Source of the DNA: an uncultured Spirochaetaceae bacterium
GTDB lineage: Bacteria; Spirochaetota; Spirochaetia; DSM-27196; CAZPXH01
Assembly: GCA_964591085.1 (NCBI GenBank)
Contig: CAZPXH010000003.1
Location: forward strand, 158,426-222,425
DNA: 64,000 nt
Direction: 5' to 3'
The position numbers were made by a program, and so were the translations under genes. This document shows positions 54,392-61,774 of this stretch, piece by piece (positions within the stretch are counted from its first letter, which is position 1; every line of letters begins with the position of its first letter). The notes beneath the pieces were generated by a model. It saw nothing but the letters and a program-made list of their open reading frames with translations. It did no database searches and was not told the origin of the DNA.

Positions 54392-55842
54392 CAGCCAGCA
54401 TCCCTTGCCGCGGCGGTCTGGGCTCCGGAGGAGACATTCACTAATCGCAGCGCAGAGACCTCCATGTTGGAGGTAATCCTGTCACTCCAGGAAGAAAGCA
54501 GATTTCCCAGCAACAGGGTCGGGATGGCGACTATCAGACCAAACTCAGTAGTTATAAGCGCTTCCGAGATTCCTCCGGAGAGCAGAGTGGGATCACCGGT
54601 CCCGAACTGGGTAATGACATCAAACGTGGTGATCATTCCGGTAACGGTACCAAGGAGGCCCAACAGAGGGGCAACCGCGGCAAACACACCCAGCGCAGTG
54701 CGGAAGCGGTCAAGAGCCGGTTGCTCGTTGAGAACGCTCTCTGCGATAACGTCCTCTACCTCCTGGGGGTTGTACCGAAGGCCCTCAACGGTTGCACTGA
54801 GCACTCGCCCAAGCGCCCCCGGTATTCGCTCGGCCTCCGCGCGGGCCGCCTCTTCCTTACCTTCCCGGACGAGCTCGGTAACCCTCTGGGCTCCCCCGCC
54901 TTTCGCCCCGCGAGATGCACGGGCAAGCAGCATAAGGCGAGCAGCTCCAAGGAGAAGCGCAAGGACACCAATGCCGACAATGACGTATCCAATGGCCCCG
55001 GCCGCCTGAAGCGTCTCCGCGAATGAGCTGCCCTCGTCTACCTCTACCAGGGAATCCCGGGACTCAAACACGAACAACGGAAGCGTTGCTTCTTCCGCAG
55101 CTCCGTCTTCGCTCAAGAGTGACCGGGCTACCGGCGCTGTATCACGGTCAATGAGTCTCAGCATTCCATCACCGGCCGGAGCGAGGGTACCGCTACCCTG
55201 CTCTGAGACCCCATACGCCGCAATGCGGCCTACCGAAACAACACTGCCGCTTACCTGGGCGCCGTCTTCCAGAAAGAACTCGCCGGGAGAGCGGGTTATT
55301 CGGGAGCTGCTATCAAGCACAGAGAACGACTGGTCAATGACATAGTCCAGTTCCGCGGCGAGGCGCTGAGCGCCTTCTACACTGCTCTCAAACGGCGCTA
55401 CGTCAAACTCTTCAAGACGTCCGTTTGCCTGCTCCACCACCTGCTGCACCACGTCATCGGTGTTGCGCGTGGCGGCAGCCTCATCCAGCAGTACGTTCAG
55501 CTCCTCCTGCCGCCGATCAACGGACCTGCGCAGCTCCAGGAGCTCCTCTTCCAGCGCGTCAAGACGAGCACGGCTCTGCCGCACCCGCTGCTCACCCGAG
55601 GCCGTTGCCTCCTCAAGACGGCTTGTCAGCAACCGAATCTCGCTGTCCAGAAAGACAAATTCCCGCTGATAGGCCGCCTGCAGGGAATCAAGCGCCTGCT
55701 CACTCGCGTTCTCCTGGTTTTCCTGGGCCACAAGTACGAAGGCCGGCCCGGCCAGAAGCCCAACGCCAAGAAGAACGGCGACTATCCCACGTGGCCCCGT
55801 GGAACATCTGCGTGCGTTTCTGTTCATTGTGTTCCTTCTCAT
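54391..55842 (-). CDS. Large MotA/TolQ/ExbB-family protein with long periplasmic coiled-coil N-domain (TonB2-system accessory type)
   Basis: 483 aa. Signal/anchor, then about 300 aa of periplasmic region (coiled-coil stretch LEEATASGEQRVRQSRARLDALEEELLELRR). C-terminal channel module APLLGLLGTVTGMITTF, ALITTEFGLIVAIP. Confidence 0.8.
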   Translation of the reverse strand: MRRNTMNRNARRCSTGPRGIVAVLLGVGLLAGPAFVLVAQENQENASEQALDSLQAAYQREFVFLDSEIRLLTSRLEEATASGEQRVRQSRARLDALEEELLELRRSVDRRQEELNVLLDEAAATRNTDDVVQQVVEQANGRLEEFDVAPFESSVEGAQRLAAELDYVIDQSFSVLDSSSRITRSPGEFFLEDGAQVSGSVVSVGRIAAYGVSEQGSGTLAPAGDGMLRLIDRDTAPVARSLLSEDGAAEEATLPLFVFESRDSLVEVDEGSSFAETLQAAGAIGYVIVGIGVLALLLGAARLMLLARASRGAKGGGAQRVTELVREGKEEAARAEAERIPGALGRVLSATVEGLRYNPQEVEDVIAESVLNEQPALDRFRTALGVFAAVAPLLGLLGTVTGMITTFDVITQFGTGDPTLLSGGISEALITTEFGLIVAIPTLLLGNLLSSWSDRITSNMEVSALRLVNVSSGAQTAAARDAG

Positions 55843-56627
55843 CCGTCGTACCCCGGATTGGGCAGCGGAAAGAAGCCCTGGCGGACGTTTCGCCGCAGCT
55901 CCCCGAACAGGGCATCTATCTGTTCCTGCGAGCGCCGGTCATCCACAATCGTGTAGACGTACCGTCCATCCTGCTGCTCCACGTATCCAAGCTCACCGGT
56001 CAGAGTTCTGAAGTACATGTAGATCATGCCAAGCCTGGCAACCTCCGCCAATCTCTCTTCTCCGTCTATGACAACGGGCTGCCTGTAGAGACCGGAGTCT
56101 GAGAGAAGGCGGAACTCGGAGTCCACCAGATTCCACAGACGGGTAAGCGCCGTCTGATCACCCAGCGTTCCGTCCTGCCGCAGGCGCGCGATGGTATCAA
56201 GCGCCCCAAGCCGCTGGCTGCGTTGGAAAGGAAGGCCATTGTCAACATGCTCGCGCAGCATGCTCTCCAGTCGGTCCACCACCGGGGTGACGTCAACGGA
56301 ACCCTCTGAGGCACGCTCGATTCGCGATTGAGCCTCTGCAATCTCACGTTCCAACTGCTCAAGCTGGAGCGCCTCCCGGTTCACCAGCGCCTCAACGTCC
56401 GCCGTTTGTGTGGCCAGGGAGCGAAGCTGCTCACCGTACTCGGTTTTCACCAGATCAAGCTCATCGGAGAGCGTCTCAAGCTGTGAGCGCTGTTCGGCAA
56501 TTCTCTGTGCCAGATTCTGCAGTTGCTCGCTCTGTGCGCTCACCGCTCCGGCGCCAATCAGCAGCACGACAGCCAGCAGCGTAGCGCGCGCCCACGATTC
56601 TCTTTTGCCTGTTTTTCTGACGTACAC
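55839..56627 (-). CDS. DUF3450-like periplasmic coiled-coil protein (first gene of TonB2-type clusters)
   Basis: 262 aa. GTG start, signal peptide ...GAGAVSA/QS, coiled coil, then C-terminal GLPFQRSQRL...ALTRLWNLVDSEFRL...GMIYMYFRTLTGELGYV. ATGA overlap with the next gene. Confidence 0.7.
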   Translation of the reverse strand: MYVRKTGKRESWARATLLAVVLLIGAGAVSAQSEQLQNLAQRIAEQRSQLETLSDELDLVKTEYGEQLRSLATQTADVEALVNREALQLEQLEREIAEAQSRIERASEGSVDVTPVVDRLESMLREHVDNGLPFQRSQRLGALDTIARLRQDGTLGDQTALTRLWNLVDSEFRLLSDSGLYRQPVVIDGEERLAEVARLGMIYMYFRTLTGELGYVEQQDGRYVYTIVDDRRSQEQIDALFGELRRNVRQGFFPLPNPGYDG

Positions 56628-56722
56628 GTGTTCCCCGTTTCCCGCAACCCTGTGTCAAAAACTTCTACCGTTCGTTTCTGCAGCGGGCCCTCACCGCGCC
56701 CCGTTCCAGAAACGTGATCCGC

Positions 56723-56741
56723 CGGCGGGCAAAGCCCGCCG
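56723..56741 (-). terminator. GC-rich hairpin (candidate attenuator/partial terminator) between lipoprotein gene and energiser genes
   Basis: cggcgggc-aaa-gcccgccg forms a perfect 8-bp stem with a 3-nt loop, about 36 nt downstream of the lipoprotein stop. Only a short TTT follows on the minus strand, so this is not a canonical intrinsic terminator. Confidence 0.4.
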
Positions 56742-56776
56742 ACGAATCACCGTGAGATCTGATCTATCCCGAACGA

Positions 56777-58204
56777 TTAGTTCGCGGGAGTTTCGATCCA
56801 GGCGCTCCACCAGTCAGTCGTTCCGTCGTACGCACCAATGTAGTCGGTGGCCACGAGGGCGTTGCCCGCGGGATCGGTTGCGGGGAGGGTCTCCGCAGCA
56901 AAGGTGCCGGCAGTTGGCTCTACATCAAAGTCGGCTGACCAGACGCCGCCCGAGAGCGTCGCAACCGCACCTTCGATACCCGAGCCCGAAGGGCGCAGCT
57001 CGTTTCCGCTAGTGGGAGTCTCGAGGTCTAGGTTGTCGGAAATTTTATTGCCGTCATCGTCGGTTACGGTATTGTCACCACCAACAATGAGTGTTCCGAA
57101 GTAGTCGATGGTCGCTCCACCCTTGTCGGCGTAGGGAGCCTGGCTGTTCGCCTCCTGCATGTCCAGGACGCTGTTGTAGACGTCGTAGTTCGCGTCACTC
57201 TTGAAGTCAAAGCCGGCACTCGCGGCCGAGCCTGCGATAGCGGTAATGTTCGCAAGTATTGCGTTGGACGGGGGGAAGACGTCGGTGGCGTCTCCGTCCG
57301 CCTCTACAATGGAACCCGCGTCATCGCTGTAGCTCTGGAGAATCACGAACTGTGCCGAGCCGTTCCAGCCGTCGTCGCCGTCAAGCGAGTCATCCTGGAT
57401 GCCGGTTGCAACGTAGTACCTGACTCCAACGCTTCCGCCAAAGAACTCAATACCGTCGTCCGCGTTGCGGTGAACCTGGAAGTACTCCGCGGTAGTTCCA
57501 CTGCCAACAGCCTGGAAGACAATACCGTTGAGCTCGTTGTCCGGGGTGAAGAGCTTGCCGCCGAACTGCACGCGGACATAGCGGATTGTTCCGGAGTCGT
57601 CATCATCGATGGGCTCCTCGCCGCCGCCGTACTCACCGGTGCCGCCTTCGCCTTCAGCGTAACCACCCTGCACGCGAGCGTATCCATTGATGATCAGCCC
57701 GCCCCAGTCGCCGGCTTGACGGTCACCGGGTTCGTTGGCGGAGGTGAACGTAATAGGATTGGCCGCGGTGCCGTCCGCGTTGATCTTGGAGCCGCGGGTG
57801 ATGATCAGAACGCCGGGATTCGCCGAACTGGTGTCCCCGCGAACGGTCGTTCCGGGCTCAATGGTAAGCGTGTTTCCACTTGCCTCATCGGGATTCTGTG
57901 CGTTGTTCCCGATGAAGACCGATCCGGCGAGATACCAGGCCTTGTCCGCGGTAAACGTGATGTCCTCGGTAAACGTGCCCTGAACCAACACCTGGGTCTC
58001 TTCTGCTCCGTCGAACTCACTGTCGCGCTCTGCAAACAGGCCCTGCCCGTTGCTGTCAACGAAAGTGACTACCCAGCCACCGGTGATTTCGTCACCAACT
58101 ACTGCAATTGGGCCCGCATCAGGCCCTGCGGTGTCACAGCCGACCAGGACCAGAATGCCTGCAACCAGCAGACCAAGCAGTACCCGTACTGTTTTGATAC
58201 TCAT
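56777..58204 (-). CDS. Predicted lipoprotein with parallel-beta-helix-like repeats
   Basis: 475 aa. Lipobox LVLVGC. Gly/Asp/Thr/Asn-rich. Motifs LTIEPGTTVRG...GVLIITRGSKINADGTAANPITFTS...GDWGGLIINGYA...SGTIRYVRVQFGG...ELNGIVFQAVGSGTTAEYFQVHRNADDGIEFFGGSVGVRY. GAGGAGG RBS. Confidence 0.75.
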   Translation of the reverse strand: MSIKTVRVLLGLLVAGILVLVGCDTAGPDAGPIAVVGDEITGGWVVTFVDSNGQGLFAERDSEFDGAEETQVLVQGTFTEDITFTADKAWYLAGSVFIGNNAQNPDEASGNTLTIEPGTTVRGDTSSANPGVLIITRGSKINADGTAANPITFTSANEPGDRQAGDWGGLIINGYARVQGGYAEGEGGTGEYGGGEEPIDDDDSGTIRYVRVQFGGKLFTPDNELNGIVFQAVGSGTTAEYFQVHRNADDGIEFFGGSVGVRYYVATGIQDDSLDGDDGWNGSAQFVILQSYSDDAGSIVEADGDATDVFPPSNAILANITAIAGSAASAGFDFKSDANYDVYNSVLDMQEANSQAPYADKGGATIDYFGTLIVGGDNTVTDDDGNKISDNLDLETPTSGNELRPSGSGIEGAVATLSGGVWSADFDVEPTAGTFAAETLPATDPAGNALVATDYIGAYDGTTDWWSAWIETPAN

Positions 58205-58223
58205 GGTATCCTCCTCGTAGATT

Positions 58224-58243
58224 TATCCAGATAGCTATCCAGA
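58224..58243. promoter_or_regulatory. Direct repeat TATCCAGA-N4-TATCCAGA (12-bp period) with embedded 12-bp palindrome GGATAGCTATCC, 20-40 nt upstream of the lipoprotein start
   Basis: The plus strand has tatccaga at 58224-58231 and tatccaga at 58236-58243. The minus strand reads TCTGGATAgctaTCTGGATAaatctacGAGGAGGataccATG. Confidence 0.35.
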
Positions 58244-58387
58244 CGTACGGAGCGTATCACTGCTTCTGTTAGGCTTGGGTTAGTGTTGAAGGCGGAATTG
58301 GTAAATTTGGGTTAGGCCCCCAACCCGAACGCCACAGGGGCGAGGAGGAGGAACGCGGGAATGAGCAGCACTGCCGTGATCCGGAGC

Positions 58388-58407
58388 GGATTAATCCAAT
58401 CTTAATC
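58388..58407. promoter_or_regulatory. Perfect 10-bp palindrome GGATTAATCC plus second TTAATC at 11-bp period, upstream of the peptide-type ABC operon
   Basis: GGATTAATCC at 58388-58397. TTAATC at 58391-58396 and 58402-58407. About 40-55 nt upstream of the ATG at 58443, in an AT-rich patch. Confidence 0.3.
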
Positions 58408-58442
58408 GCGGGGCACCATGCTCCTGGCACGAGGAGATACTC

Positions 58443-59936
58443 ATGAAACAGACATCACTACGATGGTTGCTTGCACTCAGCTTTGTACTGTTGCTGGCGC
58501 TCAGCGCGTCCGCTACCGGGGCACAGGAGGACGAGGAGACGGCTGAACCGGTCACCTTTGCGCTGACCATGAACTCAGACCCCGACTCGCTCGACCCGCA
58601 CCTGTCGTCGGCCTCGATCACCGAACAGGTGATGCTCAACGTCTTCGACGGGCTTGTTAACCCGACGCCGGACGGGGGCGTGGAGCCGGCAATCGCAGAG
58701 AGCTATTCGGTCTCACCGGACGGCCTTACCTATACCTTCCGGCTTCGGGACAACGTCTTCTTCCACAACGGGGACGAGGTAACGGTCGACGACCTGACCT
58801 ATACATTTGAGCGTCTGCAGGAGCTCTCTTCGGAGTTTGCCGATGTAGTAGAGCTTGACGCGCCGGATGAGCGCACATTTGTCATCACGCTCGGACAGCC
58901 GAACTCGTCCTTTGAGACGTTCCTCTACCGAGCCGTAATCCCGGCCGGCTACGACGATCACGCAAACCAGCCTATCGGCGCCGGCCCGTACCGTTTTGTG
59001 GAGTACATCCCGCAGAACCGGCTTGTCCTCGAGCGTAACGAGCGCTACTACAAGGAGATCGGAGACGTAGACAGAGTTGAGATTCGCATCATCGGAGACC
59101 CCGATGCACGGCTGCTTGCGCTTCGCTCCGGCGAGGTCGACTTCACCGGCGTCAGCACCCAGCGGGTGGACGAAGTTGCGGATGACTTCAGAGTAATCAC
59201 ATCTCAGGCGAACTCGGTCTTCATCTTCGGCATGAACAACCAACAGGAGGCGCTGTCCGACCTGCGCGTGCGGCAGGCTATCAACTACGCGATCGATCGC
59301 GACGAGATCATCGACTTTGTCTTTAACGGGTACGCCGTTGAGCTTGTCTCCAGCATGAGTCCCGCGATGGCCGAATTCTTTGACGCATCGTTGCTCGGTA
59401 GCTACGAGACGGATCTCTCCCGTGCCCGTCAGCTCCTGGCGGAGGCGGGCTATCCGAACGGCTTCCCGCTTACGCTTCGGGTCTCCGGTCACAGCGAGAT
59501 CTACTCCGACACGGCTCAGGTCATTCAGCAGCAGCTAGCGCCGGTTGGGATTGACGTGACGATAGAGGTGATTGAGTTCAGCATGTGGCTCTCGGACATC
59601 TACACCGACCGGAACTTTGAAGCCACCCTGATCGACTTCACCGGCAAGCTTGATCCCTACCCGGTACTTCGCCGCTACATCAGCGATTACCGCCGCAACT
59701 TCCTGAACTTCGACAGCCCGGAGTACGACCGGGTCATGGAGGCAGCCCTCCGATCGCCGGTCGCTGAAGAGCGCGTCGCGTTGTACAGGGAGGCGCAAGG
59801 CATCCTCGTGGAGCAGGTGCCGGCGGCCTTCCTCGCCGACTACCAGTTTACGTGGGCGATGAATCGGCAGTTTGACGGGTACACTTCCTATCCGTTCTTC
59901 TTCCACGATATCTCGCGAATTGTGATTGCTGATTGA
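58443..59936 (+). CDS. ABC transporter substrate-binding protein, family 5 (peptide/nickel/opine type)
   Basis: 497 aa. Signal peptide LLALSFVLLLALSASATGAQ. SBP_bac_5-like body (TFALTMNSDPDSLDPH..., GAGPYRFVEY...). GAGGAG RBS. Confidence 0.9.
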   Translation: MKQTSLRWLLALSFVLLLALSASATGAQEDEETAEPVTFALTMNSDPDSLDPHLSSASITEQVMLNVFDGLVNPTPDGGVEPAIAESYSVSPDGLTYTFRLRDNVFFHNGDEVTVDDLTYTFERLQELSSEFADVVELDAPDERTFVITLGQPNSSFETFLYRAVIPAGYDDHANQPIGAGPYRFVEYIPQNRLVLERNERYYKEIGDVDRVEIRIIGDPDARLLALRSGEVDFTGVSTQRVDEVADDFRVITSQANSVFIFGMNNQQEALSDLRVRQAINYAIDRDEIIDFVFNGYAVELVSSMSPAMAEFFDASLLGSYETDLSRARQLLAEAGYPNGFPLTLRVSGHSEIYSDTAQVIQQQLAPVGIDVTIEVIEFSMWLSDIYTDRNFEATLIDFTGKLDPYPVLRRYISDYRRNFLNFDSPEYDRVMEAALRSPVAEERVALYREAQGILVEQVPAAFLADYQFTWAMNRQFDGYTSYPFFFHDISRIVIAD

Positions 59937-59944
59937 AAACTCCT

Positions 59945-59976
59945 GGCCCGGGCAGACGACGCCCGGGCCGGTTTTT
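59945..59976 (+). terminator. Intrinsic terminator/attenuator after the SBP gene
   Basis: ggcccgggc(59945-59953)-agacgac-gcccgggcc(59961-59969) forms a perfect 9-bp GC stem. It is followed by GGTTTTTG, 9 nt after the stop codon and 24 nt before the permease ATG. Confidence 0.75.
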
Positions 59977-59999
59977 GCTAGACTCCGACAGAGCAGACA

Positions 60000-60947
60000 A
60001 TGAACACCGCTTACGTTGTGAAGAGACTCTTCACACTCGTCGGGACGCTGATCGTAGTCTCACTCACCACCTTCGTGGTCTTTGAGATCATACCGGGGGA
60101 CCCGATTCTCACCATGCTCGGGCCCGATGCCGATCCCGCTGTTGTAGAGCTCATGCAGGAAGAGTACGGGACCGATCAACCGCTTCTCATCCGGCTCGGG
60201 ACCTGGTTCGCCGGGGTGTTCACCGGGGACCTGGGCACATCAATCCGCTTCACACGGCCGGTTTCCTCGCTCATCCTTGAACGAGTGGTACTCTCACTGA
60301 TGATTGCGACACTCGCCATTGTCATGGTGGTAGTCATCGCCATTCCAGTCGGAGTGCTTCTGGCGATCCATCGCCGGCACTGGAGTGAGCCGATCGTCTC
60401 AATGGGAATCCAGGTGGGGATGGCGATTCCATCGTTCTGGCTCGGAATCATCCTCATTTCCGTGTTCGGCCTGACGCTGGGACTCTTCCCGACCGGCGGA
60501 TTCATTCCGCCCAGCGAGGGCCTGCTCCGTTCGCTGCACTCAGTGACGCTGCCGGCAATCGCGATCGCGGTGCCGCTCATTGCCGTTGTGGTGCGCTACA
60601 CCCGCAACTCGATCATCGACCAGCTCAGTCAGGACTACGTGCGAACCGCGCGCAGCAAGGGCTTCCCGGTGCAAACGGTCGTGTACCGTCACGTAATCCG
60701 CAATGCGGCTCTGCCGGTGATTACGGTGCTGGGAATGATCTTCTCCAACGTCATCGTCGGCACGATCATCATTGAGCAGGTCTTTGCGCTGCCGGGCCTT
60801 GGCCTGCTCCTGGTAAACGCGGTGAGCGCGCGCGATTTCCCACTCATCCAGGGACTGATCCTGTACATCACCTTCACGGTGGCGTTCTTCAATCTGCTCG
60901 TTGATCTCGCGTACCACGTTGTGGATCCGAGGATTGAGCTTGCATGA
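60000..60947 (+). CDS. ABC transporter permease (DppB/OppB-like)
   Basis: 315 aa. N-terminal YVVKRLFTLVGTLIVVSLTTFVVFEIIPGDP, EAA-loop region YVRTARSKGFPVQTVVYRHVIRNA. Confidence 0.92.
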   Translation: MNTAYVVKRLFTLVGTLIVVSLTTFVVFEIIPGDPILTMLGPDADPAVVELMQEEYGTDQPLLIRLGTWFAGVFTGDLGTSIRFTRPVSSLILERVVLSLMIATLAIVMVVVIAIPVGVLLAIHRRHWSEPIVSMGIQVGMAIPSFWLGIILISVFGLTLGLFPTGGFIPPSEGLLRSLHSVTLPAIAIAVPLIAVVVRYTRNSIIDQLSQDYVRTARSKGFPVQTVVYRHVIRNAALPVITVLGMIFSNVIVGTIIIEQVFALPGLGLLLVNAVSARDFPLIQGLILYITFTVAFFNLLVDLAYHVVDPRIELA

Positions 60948-61774
60948 GACGGACCAGGTCTCAAGGCGCTAACGTCAATCTGATCATCGGCATATCTATT
61001 ATAGGTGCCATCGCGCTGTTGACCCTCGTGAGCTTCTTTTACACCCCGCACGACGTCAATGAGATGAACCGGGAACACCGATTCGAGGGGCCAAGTGCCC
61101 AATTTATCCTTGGCACTGACAACTTTGGCCGGGACATCTTCAGTCGACTCATGTACGGCGGTCGCACAGCTTTCTTTGTCGGCTTCATAGCAGTCGGAAT
61201 AGGGCTGGTCGCAGGAACAATCATAGGGGGAGTAGCAGGGTACCTTGGATCGTGGGTGGACGAGCTGTCCATGCGGGTGATGGACGGGCTACTCGCCTTC
61301 CCGGGGCTTATCATGGCGCTCATGGTGATTGCCATTGCCGGACCAGGAACATTGAACACAGCGTTTGCCATTGGCATCATGAGCGTCCCAGGAATATCAC
61401 GAATCGCCAGAAGTGGGTTTCTCCAGTTTCGGAATATCGATTTCGTTCAGTCGGCACGAACTATCGGAGTGCGACCGGTTGTGATTATGGCAAAGCACAT
61501 CCTGCCGAACATGATGAGCTCGCTCGTTATCGCCGGTTCGGTCGCGTTCGCCGGCGCGATCCTCAGCGAAGCCGGACTGAGCTACCTGGGGCTTGGGGTT
61601 CAACTACCGGACCCAAGCTGGGGGAGAATGCTCAGGGAGGCACAGGGACACTTCACCCGAAGCCCATGGTTCACGCTGGGTCCCGGTCTTGCAATTACGC
61701 TCATGGTGCTTGGCTTCTACACGCTCAGCAACGGAATACGCGACGCGATCGACGTACGGCAACAGCACCAGTGA
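60944..61774 (+). CDS. ABC transporter permease (DppC/OppC-like)
   Basis: 276 aa. ILGTDNFGRDIFSRLMYG, FVQSARTIGVRPVVIMAKHILPN. 4-nt overlaps on both sides. Confidence 0.92.
   Translation: MRRTRSQGANVNLIIGISIIGAIALLTLVSFFYTPHDVNEMNREHRFEGPSAQFILGTDNFGRDIFSRLMYGGRTAFFVGFIAVGIGLVAGTIIGGVAGYLGSWVDELSMRVMDGLLAFPGLIMALMVIAIAGPGTLNTAFAIGIMSVPGISRIARSGFLQFRNIDFVQSARTIGVRPVVIMAKHILPNMMSSLVIAGSVAFAGAILSEAGLSYLGLGVQLPDPSWGRMLREAQGHFTRSPWFTLGPGLAITLMVLGFYTLSNGIRDAIDVRQQHQ

Noticed and set aside
56628-56700. TTGACA hexamer on the minus strand just upstream of the DUF3450-like gene, considered as an internal promoter.
   Set aside because: No acceptable -10 element at 16-18 nt spacing. The hexamer lies only about 30 nt from the GTG start.
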